Below, piece after piece: positions 49,205-59,346 of a stretch of 64,000 nt of DNA. The notes below the pieces were generated by a model. The model was not told the origin of the DNA and did not search any database. It saw only the letters and a program-made list of their open reading frames with translations. A program made the translations under genes and the position numbers. The stretch is from Lachnospiraceae bacterium (GTDB taxonomy: Bacteria; Bacillota; Clostridia; Lachnospirales; Lachnospiraceae), in NCBI GenBank assembly GCA_024682375.1, contig JAIKZI010000007.1, forward strand, positions 6,815 through 70,814. The letters run 5' to 3'. Position 1 is the stretch's first letter. Each line of letters begins with the position of its first letter.

Positions 49205-51214
49205 ATGAACCAAAATCCTAAAAAAGAAACAAATGCTATTCCTTTTTTCCATAGTCTAAAAACAAGACTTGTTTTGACTATGCTACTAATAGCAGCACTT
49301 CCACTAATCTTAATCGTATCAATTACATACATTCAATCTACATCAAAAGCAAAAGACGATGCGAAAGCTAATCTTGTATGGCAGGCAAAATTCCTAGAGT
49401 CATCCATTAACACAATTATTACAGACAACAAATCAGCTCTAAAAACCCTAGCTTCATCTCCAGAAGTTATAAACTTCCTAGAGAGTGACGGACAGAGTTC
49501 ACCTGATAATATTTATCATCAGATGGATGCAATTAACGACATGTACGAAGACAAAAACACAATCGTTCTTTCTAACAACAAAGGTATGATGGTACTTCGA
49601 AGCGACAAGGGAACTTGTGTAGATATCTCTTCAAGAGATTACTACAAGAAGGCCTTTAGCGGAAAAGACTGTACTTCAAGCGTATTTGTTAGTAACTCAA
49701 CAAACGCTAGAAATATGTGTATCGCTGTACCTGTAAAAAATATGAATGGCGATGTAATCGGTGTACTTCACAGAAGTTTCGATCTAAACGATTTCCACAA
49801 ACTTCTTGCAAAGAACAGTAAAGAGGCCTTTCTGGTTGATAACACTGGTATCCTTGCAGCTCATTCACAGTATGAAATCAAAGTTAATGACAAACCAGTC
49901 GACTTTTCACAGTCACCTTATATGACATCAGATGTAGCTGAAGACACATATGAAAGCAACGCAACTGGACATGCTACATATGTTTCATACATCAAGGAAC
50001 CGGTTTCCGGATATACAGTTTGTATCGCTACAAGTGTAAGTGGTGTAACAGCTCAGGCAAGACGTGGCGCCCTTTCAGGTATTATCCTTGGTGTAGTAAC
50101 ACTTATACTAGTTGCAATCATCTCCTTCATGATTTCACTCAACTTCATAAGACCTATCACTGAAGTTGAAGAGTCAATTCGTGCTCTATCTGATGGTCGA
50201 TTCATCGTTATCAAAAATCACTTAAACAGAAAAGATGAATTCGGACACATCATTAGAAACACAAATGCTCTTATCGAAAAGCTAAGAGGAATTGTTGATC
50301 ATATCAAGAACTCATCAAGCACTGTTGGAGTTTCTTCTGAAGAACTTTCAGAGATGGCAAACCAGATTGCTGCCACTACTGAAAGCGTAGCTGGTGCAGT
50401 TCAGGAAATCGCAAATGGTGCTATCCACCAGGCTGAAGAAATCCAGACAGCTGCTACAAGCACAGGTCAGATCACTGAAGCTGTTGAATCTGTTCAGAAT
50501 TCTTCAAACGATGTAAATGAAATCGCTACTAAGATGAAGATTGCATCTGAAGAATCTAGTGCATCACTTTCAAACCTTCAGGAATCAAATATAAAGATGA
50601 CTTCAATTATTGAAAGTATTACGGAAAAAATTGAAGCCACACAGAATGCAGTTACAAACATCAACGAACATGTAACTGGAATTTCTGGAATCGCAGCTCA
50701 GACAAACCTTCTTTCACTAAACGCTTCAATCGAAGCCGCACGTGCTGGTGAAGCCGGAAGAGGATTCGCTGTAGTCGCATCAGAAATTCAGAAGCTCGCT
50801 AATGATTCTGAAACACTTGCACAGGAAATCAGAGTTGTTATGGATGAACTTCTTAAAGATGCTAGTGAAGCTGTAGTTGCTGCCGGTGAGGTAAAAAATG
50901 GAAACATCGAACAGCAGGCTGCACTTACAGAAACATTTAATTCAGTACAGGGAATGTTAAAAGACATCGAACATACTGTATCAGGTGTTTCAAATATCAA
51001 TGATGAGTCAGTGACATGCGTCTCATCAAACAAAGTCGTTTCTAATGCTATGTCTTCTCTCTCAGCTATTTCTGAAGAGAACGCTGCATCATCTGAAACA
51101 ACAAGTGCTTCAGTAGAAGAACTTTCTGCTACTGTTACAAGCCTTTCAGAATCAGCAAACGACTTGAGTGAAATCGCTGAAAGACTTAATAAAGAGATTT
51201 CATTCTTTAAATAA
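49205..51214 (+). CDS. Methyl-accepting chemotaxis protein (dCache, HAMP)
   Basis: [27 protein letters not shown]; two TM segments. Confidence 0.95.
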   Translation: MNQNPKKETNAIPFFHSLKTRLVLTMLLIAALPLILIVSITYIQSTSKAKDDAKANLVWQAKFLESSINTIITDNKSALKTLASSPEVINFLESDGQSSPDNIYHQMDAINDMYEDKNTIVLSNNKGMMVLRSDKGTCVDISSRDYYKKAFSGKDCTSSVFVSNSTNARNMCIAVPVKNMNGDVIGVLHRSFDLNDFHKLLAKNSKEAFLVDNTGILAAHSQYEIKVNDKPVDFSQSPYMTSDVAEDTYESNATGHATYVSYIKEPVSGYTVCIATSVSGVTAQARRGALSGIILGVVTLILVAIISFMISLNFIRPITEVEESIRALSDGRFIVIKNHLNRKDEFGHIIRNTNALIEKLRGIVDHIKNSSSTVGVSSEELSEMANQIAATTESVAGAVQEIANGAIHQAEEIQTAATSTGQITEAVESVQNSSNDVNEIATKMKIASEESSASLSNLQESNIKMTSIIESITEKIEATQNAVTNINEHVTGISGIAAQTNLLSLNASIEAARAGEAGRGFAVVASEIQKLANDSETLAQEIRVVMDELLKDASEAVVAAGEVKNGNIEQQAALTETFNSVQGMLKDIEHTVSGVSNINDESVTCVSSNKVVSNAMSSLSAISEENAASSETTSASVEELSATVTSLSESANDLSEIAERLNKEISFFK

Positions 51215-51243
51215 GCTAACAAAAGAAAACTATTCAAACTATA

Positions 51244-51275
51244 GAAAAGCCTAGAGCATTTGCTCTAGGCTTTTC
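51244..51275. terminator. Bidirectional terminator
   Basis: GAAAAGCCTAGAGCA-TT-TGCTCTAGGCTTTTC. Confidence 0.85.
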
Positions 51276-51278
51276 ATT

Positions 51279-52274
51279 TTAGATTTCAATAATCTTCATC
51301 ACTTCTAGTGAATAATCCAAAAGTGATTCCATCTCATCATGTTTCTTAGCGTCAATCATTCTTGCAAAATCCATAAACTCTCTTGTCATTCTGTGATGAG
51401 GCTTATCTGGAACGAACTCATTTACGACCTTCTCACGGACAACTGCGCCCGCTGCATCCTTTTTTCCAGAGGAACCACTCACATATTCAATAGTGAGGTT
51501 CGGCGCGAGATTCGGTTTCCCATTTATTTTCATCGTACCTTTCTCGCCCTGGATGATAACAAAGCAATCACTATCAGAATCCTTTGCAGCTGTACATGTT
51601 GCAGTAAAACCTTCGTAACGCATAACGAGAGTTCCCGAAGTATCGATTCCATTCCATCCATAATTTGGAAAATACATAAAATCCTTTGGTCCACCGAAAA
51701 GACCGATTACATAAAACAGATTGTAAACATTTAAATCTCGTAGACAGCCGCCCTGACTATCAGGATCAAAAGCAGGGCTTACTTCATGATTCAAATAGTT
51801 GTCATATTTACTTGAATACTGAGAGAAATTGCACTGCACCATCTTGATATTTCCAAGCTGTGGCAACATCTCTTTCATAGTATCAAAGACATCATTATGA
51901 AGTACTGTTATCGCTTCAAAAAGGAAATGTCCATTATCACAAGCCAGACACGCAAGCTCTTCCGCCTGCTGATAAGTACCTGTGAAAGGCTTTTCGAGGA
52001 TAACATTTTTCCCAGAAAGAATAGCCATCTTCGCATAATCGTAATGCGCGCTATTTACAAGTCCGATGTAAACTGTATCGATGTCAGCGTTCATAAGAAG
52101 TTCTTCATAATCCACATAAACTTCGTCGATATCGTATTTCTCAGCCAACTCCTCCCCTCTAGCTTTGCTGTGTGGTCTCGCATAGATAGCCTTTAGCTCG
52201 ATGTTTGGAATAGGTACCATGGAAAAAAGTGCTTCCTCAACAATATTTCCAGAACCAATAATCGCTAGCTTCAT
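51279..52274 (-). CDS. Gfo/Idh/MocA family oxidoreductase
   Basis: IIGSGNI, HYDYAK, VILEKPF, GGCLRDLNVYN. Confidence 0.92.
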   Translation of the reverse strand: MKLAIIGSGNIVEEALFSMVPIPNIELKAIYARPHSKARGEELAEKYDIDEVYVDYEELLMNADIDTVYIGLVNSAHYDYAKMAILSGKNVILEKPFTGTYQQAEELACLACDNGHFLFEAITVLHNDVFDTMKEMLPQLGNIKMVQCNFSQYSSKYDNYLNHEVSPAFDPDSQGGCLRDLNVYNLFYVIGLFGGPKDFMYFPNYGWNGIDTSGTLVMRYEGFTATCTAAKDSDSDCFVIIQGEKGTMKINGKPNLAPNLTIEYVSGSSGKKDAAGAVVREKVVNEFVPDKPHHRMTREFMDFARMIDAKKHDEMESLLDYSLEVMKIIEI

Positions 52275-52295
52275 AAGAATTCTCCTATTTGTTGT

Positions 52296-53459
52296 TTACA
52301 ATGAGTTCTCAAAAATCTTCTTGATATCTGCTTCGTTAAGTGGAACCCAAGCATTCTCAAGTCCTTCATTTATAGCTACATGATGTGCCATCTCATCTAG
52401 TCTCTTTTCATCGATTCCAACCTCTCTAAGTGTCATAGGAATTCCCATAGATACGAAGAAATCGTATGTCTCTTTGATAGCCTTCTTTGCTATTTCAAAT
52501 TTATCAAGTTTAGAATCGATTCCAAATACATTTACTCCGTATTTTACAAAACGATCTACTGTCTTATCGCTAAGAACATATTCCATCCAACGTGGTGTGA
52601 TGATAGCAAGTCCTTCACCATGTGTTATGTCATAATATGCTGAAAGAGCATGCTCCATACCATGAAGTGGCCAGTATGATTCACTGTTTCCAAGAGAATA
52701 GATTCCGTTACAACCATATGTACATGTAAGCATCATCTCTGCTCGGGCTGTGTAATCTTCTGGGTTCTCGAGACATTTTTTCCCGTTTACCATAAGACTT
52801 CTAAGTCCGGCTTCCATAAATCCATCATTTAGAAGTGTAGAATCGTCGCAGAAATACTGCTCCATGATGTGGTTCATGGCATCTGCACAACCTGCTGCTG
52901 TCTGTTTCTTTGAAACTGTAAATGTAAGTGTTGGATCTAGAAATGAAGCAGCCGGGTATAAATATGGACTGCTATAAGATGTCTTATCATTTGTCTCTGT
53001 TCTAGAGATAACACCGCCTGCATCATACTCACTTCCTGTAGCAGCGAGTGTGATGATGTCAACTATTGGAAGTGCAGCCTTCGTCTCTGCCTTATAAGTG
53101 ATCAGATCCCATGGATCTCCATCGTATTTAGCACCACCGGCGATAGCTTTAGAGCAATCCAAAACAGATCCACCACCCACTGCAAGAATTACATCAATAT
53201 TCTTTTCCTTACAGATTTTTACACCATCTAAAACACTAGGATCATATTTAGGATTTGGCTGAATTCCTGGAAGCTCGTAGATTTCAAATCCATCTAAAAG
53301 CTCATATACACGGTCATATAGGCCAATCTTCTTAATAGATCCACCACCGTAAGTAAGAAGTACTTTCTTACCATATTTAGCCAATTCCTCGCTAAGATGA
53401 CCAAGCTGTCCCTTACCGAAATACAATCTAGTCGGTGTTCTGTAAATAAAACTCTGCAT
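52296..53459 (-). CDS. Iron-containing alcohol dehydrogenase (butanol dehydrogenase-like)
   Basis: YGGGSIKK, AVGGGSVLD, TLAATGSE, HGMEHALS, THGEGLA. Confidence 0.92.
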   Translation of the reverse strand: MQSFIYRTPTRLYFGKGQLGHLSEELAKYGKKVLLTYGGGSIKKIGLYDRVYELLDGFEIYELPGIQPNPKYDPSVLDGVKICKEKNIDVILAVGGGSVLDCSKAIAGGAKYDGDPWDLITYKAETKAALPIVDIITLAATGSEYDAGGVISRTETNDKTSYSSPYLYPAASFLDPTLTFTVSKKQTAAGCADAMNHIMEQYFCDDSTLLNDGFMEAGLRSLMVNGKKCLENPEDYTARAEMMLTCTYGCNGIYSLGNSESYWPLHGMEHALSAYYDITHGEGLAIITPRWMEYVLSDKTVDRFVKYGVNVFGIDSKLDKFEIAKKAIKETYDFFVSMGIPMTLREVGIDEKRLDEMAHHVAINEGLENAWVPLNEADIKKIFENSL

Positions 53460-53572
53460 TTTCTCCTCCTTTTAATTTTAAATAATCCAAGTAAACCCTG
53501 TCTGTTTCTATTTTACCCTCATCTATATAGTCTGTAAATCCGGGAAACCATATAGATATAAGGTATTATCTC

Positions 53573-54442
53573 CTATGTCCAGATTGCCATAGCAACTGTT
53601 CCTAAAACCATAAGAAGCAATCCGAAAGCTGATCTCTTTGTTAGTCTTTCATTAAAGACTATACGGGAAAAAGCAATAGATACGATGATACTCAATTTAT
53701 CGATAGGAACTACTACGCTTACAACTCCATGCTGGATTGCATAGTAATAGCAAAGCCAGCTTCCTCCGGTTGCAAATCCAGATAAGACGATAAATACAAG
53801 TTCTTTCTTATCAATCGTCTTTACTAAAGACTGTTTTCCTTTCAGAAATACAATTAACCAAGCCATGATGAGGACTACGCCTGTTCTGATTGCAGTACCA
53901 AGGTTTGATTCAACTCCCGTAATACCAATCTTTGCAAGTATTGATGTAAGTGCTGCAAAGACAGCTGAACCTACTGCGTATGGAAACCAGGTAGCCTTCG
54001 TTTCTTTTGCATCAGATGACTTCTTTTCTATCATAAGAAAAACACCCAGAGCCAAAAGCGCTGTACATATAAGTTTTACTGTGAGATTTTTTGTTTCGCC
54101 AAAAAGAATTATGGCAAGAAGAATCGTAAGAATTGTACTGGATTTGTCTATTGGTACGACTTTGTTTACATCACCAATTGAAAGTGCTTTGAAATAGCAA
54201 ATCCACGATGCGCCTGTAGCAATTCCAGAAAGTACCAAAAATACATAGGACTTGGGAGTGATTTCACTAAGAGTTCCTGCCGATCCCACGATAAAGACCA
54301 TCACCCAGGAAAAAAGCAAAACCACTATAGTCCTTACAGCCGTCGCCAAATCAGAATCTGTTTTTTTGATTCCGCATTTTGCAAGGATTGAAGTTAGACC
54401 AGCAAATAGAGCTGAAAAAATTGCCATTATAAGCCACATCAT
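53573..54442 (-). CDS. EamA/DMT family transporter (duplicated domain)
   Basis: Two copies of FAxLTSILAKxG...SWxCYxxA...VVPIDKxS. Confidence 0.9.
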   Translation of the reverse strand: MMWLIMAIFSALFAGLTSILAKCGIKKTDSDLATAVRTIVVLLFSWVMVFIVGSAGTLSEITPKSYVFLVLSGIATGASWICYFKALSIGDVNKVVPIDKSSTILTILLAIILFGETKNLTVKLICTALLALGVFLMIEKKSSDAKETKATWFPYAVGSAVFAALTSILAKIGITGVESNLGTAIRTGVVLIMAWLIVFLKGKQSLVKTIDKKELVFIVLSGFATGGSWLCYYYAIQHGVVSVVVPIDKLSIIVSIAFSRIVFNERLTKRSAFGLLLMVLGTVAMAIWT

Positions 54443-54489
54443 AGATTAACCCTCCCTTTATTTTAAGCATGTCATTCTAAACTTTCCCC

Positions 54490-54831
54490 TTAAAAGTTAG
54501 AACCGTTCCATCCCCAATCATTTACTGGATGATATGTCACATAAACCTGATTTCCAGGAATCCCTAATTTTTCATTGAATAAATCACAAATCTGTCCTGT
54601 AAGTTTATCATAAGCATCCCTTGATGCATTTCCAAATAGACTTACAGATACATATGCTCCCTTTTCAAGTTTTTCACCTGCAAACCATAAATCATAATCA
54701 TCATCTATTCCAACCATTAGATAAGATTCTGGTTTTCCAAGTGTAGAAATAAGCTGACCGAGTTCTGTTTTGATTTCTTCTTTTAGTGTATCATTTACTT
54801 TTGTGGAAATTTTTGAATCAATGAATGGCAT
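54490..54831 (-). CDS. MIF-like phenylpyruvate tautomerase family protein
   Basis: Starts Met-Pro (catalytic Pro1), GKPESYLMV, C-terminal WGWNGSNF. Confidence 0.85.
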   Translation of the reverse strand: MPFIDSKISTKVNDTLKEEIKTELGQLISTLGKPESYLMVGIDDDYDLWFAGEKLEKGAYVSVSLFGNASRDAYDKLTGQICDLFNEKLGIPGNQVYVTYHPVNDWGWNGSNF

Positions 54832-55456
54832 TTTTTAACTCCTCCATATTCTTAACAATACAAATTGCCCCTGCTTCTTTCATGTCCTCTATATCACCGA
54901 ATCCCCATGTAACAGCAATACACGGAAGATCAAGTTTCTTCGCACCAACTACATCATAGATAGTATCTCCAACCATGACAATATCATCTTCTATCCCCTG
55001 CTTCTTAAGAAGATATTCAATAACATCATTCTTTTTCTCACGGCTTCCATCCAGGGTTGCACCTGCGATTTCATCGAAGTACTTTGCCATATCGAAGTGT
55101 TCTAAAACTTCCTTCGCAGTAATCTCAGGCTTCGATGTAGCAACATATAATCTGTAGCCTTCTTCTTTTAACTCTTTAAGTAAATCTATAATTCCAGGAT
55201 AAGGTCTATTTTCAAATTTACCCTTTACGTTGTATCTTTCTCTAAAGATATCTACTGCTTTTATCTCATCTTCTTTTGGAACACTATGCTTTATAAAACT
55301 ATCTCCCAAAGGAGGTCCAATAAATGTCTTCAAAACTTCTTCGTCTGGAGGAGTAATCCCCAGCTTCTTATATGCATAAAGAACACTTTTAATAATTCCA
55401 TCTGAAGAATCTGTAAGTGTTCCATCTAAATCAAATAATATATTTTTATATTTCAT
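54818..55456 (-). CDS. HAD family hydrolase (phosphoglycolate phosphatase / nucleotidase-like)
   Basis: FDLDGTLTDS, ATSK, MVGDTIYD. Confidence 0.92.
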   Translation of the reverse strand: MKYKNILFDLDGTLTDSSDGIIKSVLYAYKKLGITPPDEEVLKTFIGPPLGDSFIKHSVPKEDEIKAVDIFRERYNVKGKFENRPYPGIIDLLKELKEEGYRLYVATSKPEITAKEVLEHFDMAKYFDEIAGATLDGSREKKNDVIEYLLKKQGIEDDIVMVGDTIYDVVGAKKLDLPCIAVTWGFGDIEDMKEAGAICIVKNMEELKNAIH

Positions 55457-55474
55457 ATTACAATCCTAATTTCT

Positions 55475-56219
55475 CTAGTTCTATATCCGTCTTTGCTAAC
55501 TTGCTTCTCCACGGCAGACTCCAAAATAGGGCTTCACCGTGGAAAATTCTAGTCAGCTATCCGCCTTCGACAACTTGCTTCTCCACGGCAGACTACAAAA
55601 TAGGGCCTCACCGTGGAAAATTCTTGTTCTATATCCGCCTTCGACAACTTGCTTCTCCACGGCAGACTCCAAAAGAAGGCTTCACCGTGGAAAATTCTAG
55701 TCAGCTATCCGCCCTCGACAACTTGCTTCTCCACGGTAGACTCCAAAAAAGGGCTTCACCGTGGAAAATTCTAGTCGGCTATCCGCCTTCGACAACTTGC
55801 TTCTCCACGGCAGACTCCAAAATAGGGCTTCACCATGGAAAAATCTAGTTCTATATCCGCCTTCGCTAACTTGCTTCTCCACGGTAGACTCCAAAAGAAG
55901 GCTTCACCGTGGAAAATTCTAGTCGACTACCCGCCTTCGCTAACTTGCTTCTCCACGGTAGACTCCAAAAGAAGACCTCACCGTGGAAAAATCTAGTTCT
56001 ATATCCGCCTTCGACAACTTGCTTCTCCACGGCAGACTCCAAAAGAAGGCTTCACCGTGGAAAATCTAGTCGCCCATCCGCCTTCGACAACTTGCTTCTC
56101 CACGGCGAAAAGCAAAATAGGGCTTTACCATGGAAAAATCTAGTCGGCTACCCGCCTTTGCTAACTTGCTTCTCCACGGCAGACTCCAAAAGAAGGCCTT
56201 ACCATGGAAAAATCTAGTT
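55475..56219. repeat. Tandem palindromic repeat array 3: ten 74-bp units
   Basis: CTAGT starts at 55475, 55549, 55623, 55697, 55771, 55845, 55919, 55993, 56066, 56140 and 56214; each unit has AACTTGCTTC-TCCACGG...CC(G/A)TGGA. Confidence 0.96.
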
Positions 56220-56234
56220 TTTTGCAATATTTCT

Positions 56235-56308
56235 GCGCCGAGCCGGTACAACTAACTTTTGGTTCCGTTTTTAGGAACCCAAAGTTAGTTGTAACCGCTG
56301 CTCGGCGC
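56235..56308. repeat. GC-capped long hairpin downstream of metA
   Basis: GCGCCGAGC/GCTCGGCGC, TACAACTAACTTT/AAAGTTAGTTGTA and GGTTCC/GGAACC nested stems. Confidence 0.8.
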
Positions 56309-56333
56309 TATATTATAAAAAACTATAATTCCC

Positions 56334-57254
56334 CTACTCTGCTATCCTATTCCACTCATACGGTGTATTCTGGTACACATAGTAATTCAACCAATTGGTA
56401 TAAAGAGTGTTGCCATGACCTCGCCAGTTCATCATTGGGCGATTAGACGGATCATCATCGGGATAATAATTCTTAGGAAGATCAATAGAAAGGCCTGCCG
56501 CCTTATCCCTCTTATACTCCTTATCCAAAGTCATCCTGTCATACTCCGGGTGACCCATGCAAAAAATCTTCGAACCATCTTTTGTCATGCAAAGAAACAT
56601 GCCGGCTTCCTTTGACTCGGAAAGAATGATTAGATCATCTATATCCAAAACATCATCCATAAGAACCGTCGTATGCCTTGAATGAGGCGCGTAGAAATAG
56701 TCATCGAAACCTCTGACTAGAGGCACCTTTCTATGTCTAACCTTGTGAGAATACACGCCGAAAAGCTTATGAGAAAGTTCATGCTTTGGAATATCATAAA
56801 AATAGTGAAGCGCCGCCTGAGCTCCCCAACAGATATAAAAAGTTGAAGTAACATGATTCTCTGTCCAGGCAAAAATCCTCTTCATCTCATCCCAGTAATC
56901 CACCTCCTCAAAAGGAAGTTTCTCAACCGGCGCACCAGTCACAATCAAACCATCAAAATTCATATCACAAACATCATCAATAGTCTGATAGAACGACTTA
57001 AGATGTGACAGAGAAGTATTCTTCGAAACATGATTCTTCACAGTAAGAAAAGTTACATCCACCTGAAGAGGCGTATTTGAAAGCGAGCGAAGAAGGGCAA
57101 GCTCAGTGTCCTCTTTCAGCGGCATCAAATTCAAAATCGCGATTCGAAGCGGACGGATATCCTGGTGAAAAGCCATATCCTCATCCATCACAAATATATT
57201 CTCTTTTTCAAGAGTTTGATTAACAGGTAAATCCTGTGGTGTTTTAATCGGCAT
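56334..57254 (-). CDS. metA: Homoserine O-acyltransferase (MetA family; probably acetyltransferase)
   Basis: LNLMP, ICWGAQA, GHPEY; TGAPVE carries the Glu associated with acetyl-CoA use (Gly in succinyltransferases). Confidence 0.93.
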   Translation of the reverse strand: MPIKTPQDLPVNQTLEKENIFVMDEDMAFHQDIRPLRIAILNLMPLKEDTELALLRSLSNTPLQVDVTFLTVKNHVSKNTSLSHLKSFYQTIDDVCDMNFDGLIVTGAPVEKLPFEEVDYWDEMKRIFAWTENHVTSTFYICWGAQAALHYFYDIPKHELSHKLFGVYSHKVRHRKVPLVRGFDDYFYAPHSRHTTVLMDDVLDIDDLIILSESKEAGMFLCMTKDGSKIFCMGHPEYDRMTLDKEYKRDKAAGLSIDLPKNYYPDDDPSNRPMMNWRGHGNTLYTNWLNYYVYQNTPYEWNRIAE

Positions 57255-57298
57255 CTATAAATCCTTCTTAATAAAACTTCATCCTTTTAGGGAAAAAA

Positions 57299-59305
57299 TC
57301 ATCCAATCATCGAAAGAATGCCTTCCTCATCGAGAACAGGTATTCCAAGCGCATTAGCCTTCTCCAGTTTAGAGCCTGCTGCTTCTCCGGCAATCAAATA
57401 ACTTGTCTTCTTTGAAACTGAACCTGTACACTTACCACCGTTCTTCTCGACAAGTTCCTGCATTTCCTTTCTTCCATAATTTGGAAGAGTTCCAGTGATT
57501 ACAAAAGTAAGACCTGCCAGCTTATCTGAATCATTTTCCTTCTCTTTGATAACCATATTAAGACCACATTCCTTGAAATCAGAAATGATTTCAATATTTC
57601 TTTCATCAGAGAAGAAATCATGAATACTGATTGCTGTTGTTTCTCCTACATCAGGAATCTCCTGAAGCTTTTCAACAGAAATAGACATCAAGTTATCTAT
57701 TGATTTAACCTCACTCATAATTGTTGTTGCTGTTCTTCTTCCAACATTTCTAATTCCAAGACCAGCTAAGAATCTATCTGCATCATTCTCTTTTGATGCT
57801 TCAATAGCCGAAAGAAGTTTATCTGTATTCTTCTCTCTACCAATGATTCCCTTTTCAACAAGTTCATCTCTATGTTCCTTCAAGTGATAGATATCAGCAT
57901 AACTTGATAAATAACCTTCTTCTAGAAGTGAATCTATAAGCGTTTCACCGAGGCCCATGATATTCATACAGTTAATAGAGGTGAAATAAGAAATCGTACG
58001 TGAAAGCTGAGCTTTACATGTTGGATTTACACAACGAATATCTGCTGTATCCTCTTCCACTACAAGCTCTGCCCCACAGACAGGGCAAACCTTTGAAACT
58101 TCATAAAGCATCTTTGGTTCTTTTACCACGCCACAAATCTTTGGAATGATATCACCTGATTTCTTAAGCTTATACACACCTCCGAGTCCAATTTTATTCT
58201 CTCGCATATAATCAGCGTTATGAAGTGTAACCCTTGAAACATTGGTACCGCAGAGTCTTGCAGGCTTATGTGTTTCAGCATCAATAACATGTCCGATAAA
58301 TGCAAGCTTACCTGTACGACCAACAGTCTCTTCAATCTCCTCCATCACAACCGGTCTCTCTTCCGGTGGGTACTTGAAGGCGATATGGCCTGAAGAATAC
58401 TTGCTTCCTGCAGGGAAATCATTTCTATATGCGATGTGATCGACCTTTACGACAGCTCCATCGATGTCAAAAGGGAGCTCACTTCTCATCTCACCAATCT
58501 TTCGAATTGCTGAGACAACCTCATCAGATGTCTCGCAAAGCTCATGATAAACAGTTCTGATTCCTGCCTTCTCTAAGATATTTAAGCCTGCATTATGTGA
58601 CTCCATAAGTTCCTCTGGCCCATCCTGAATATTGAAGACAAACATATTAAGTCCACGATTCTTTGTAATTGAAGTATCGAGCTGACGAAGAGTTCCGGCT
58701 GCAAGGTTACGCGGATTTGCGGAAGCTTTTTTCCCAAGGCGCTCCTGCTCTAAATTAAACTTCTCGAAATCCTCGTGAGACATGTAAACCTCACCTCTGA
58801 CCTCGAGATAATCATAATCTAAATCAAGTTCCTTCTGGACATCCGGAATCACATGCGCATTGGCTGTGACATCCTCACCAACTATTCCGTCACCTCTAGT
58901 CTCTGCGAGAGTGAGATGCATCTTGCCATCATCCATCCTTGTGTAACGAAGCGTCATAGAGAGTCCGTCGATTTTCTGCTCTACGGAAAAAAGAGCATCC
59001 GAATGTATATTCTTTACCTTGTTTACCCAGGAAACTACATCTTCTTCAGTAAAAACATCTTCGATAGAAAGCATAGGAACATTGTGAGTTACCTTCACAC
59101 CTGCTTCTCTCTTTGCAACTCCACCGATTTTCTGAGAAGGAGAATCAGGTGTGATCCACTCTGGGTGCTCCTTTTCGGCTGCCTTTAAATCCTGCATCAT
59201 CATGTCATAATCATAATCAGAAATCTCAGGCGAATCCTCGTTATAATAACGATTCATATGATAATCAATTTCTTTTGCTAATGCTTTGTATTCCTCAAAA
59301 GTCAT
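57299..59305 (-). CDS. ligA: NAD-dependent DNA ligase
   Basis: PMLSI, QKIDG, RGDG..GEDVT, EVRGE, DGAVVK, zinc finger, BRCT (TFVITGTL). Confidence 0.97.
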   Translation of the reverse strand: MTFEEYKALAKEIDYHMNRYYNEDSPEISDYDYDMMMQDLKAAEKEHPEWITPDSPSQKIGGVAKREAGVKVTHNVPMLSIEDVFTEEDVVSWVNKVKNIHSDALFSVEQKIDGLSMTLRYTRMDDGKMHLTLAETRGDGIVGEDVTANAHVIPDVQKELDLDYDYLEVRGEVYMSHEDFEKFNLEQERLGKKASANPRNLAAGTLRQLDTSITKNRGLNMFVFNIQDGPEELMESHNAGLNILEKAGIRTVYHELCETSDEVVSAIRKIGEMRSELPFDIDGAVVKVDHIAYRNDFPAGSKYSSGHIAFKYPPEERPVVMEEIEETVGRTGKLAFIGHVIDAETHKPARLCGTNVSRVTLHNADYMRENKIGLGGVYKLKKSGDIIPKICGVVKEPKMLYEVSKVCPVCGAELVVEEDTADIRCVNPTCKAQLSRTISYFTSINCMNIMGLGETLIDSLLEEGYLSSYADIYHLKEHRDELVEKGIIGREKNTDKLLSAIEASKENDADRFLAGLGIRNVGRRTATTIMSEVKSIDNLMSISVEKLQEIPDVGETTAISIHDFFSDERNIEIISDFKECGLNMVIKEKENDSDKLAGLTFVITGTLPNYGRKEMQELVEKNGGKCTGSVSKKTSYLIAGEAAGSKLEKANALGIPVLDEEGILSMIG

Positions 59306-59346
59306 GTTCTACTCCATTACACAAAAATCTATTTCAATACGATTTA

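Noticed and set aside
57255-57298. SAM riboswitch or T-box for metA
   Set aside because: The 44-bp gap after ligA is too short and shows no motif.
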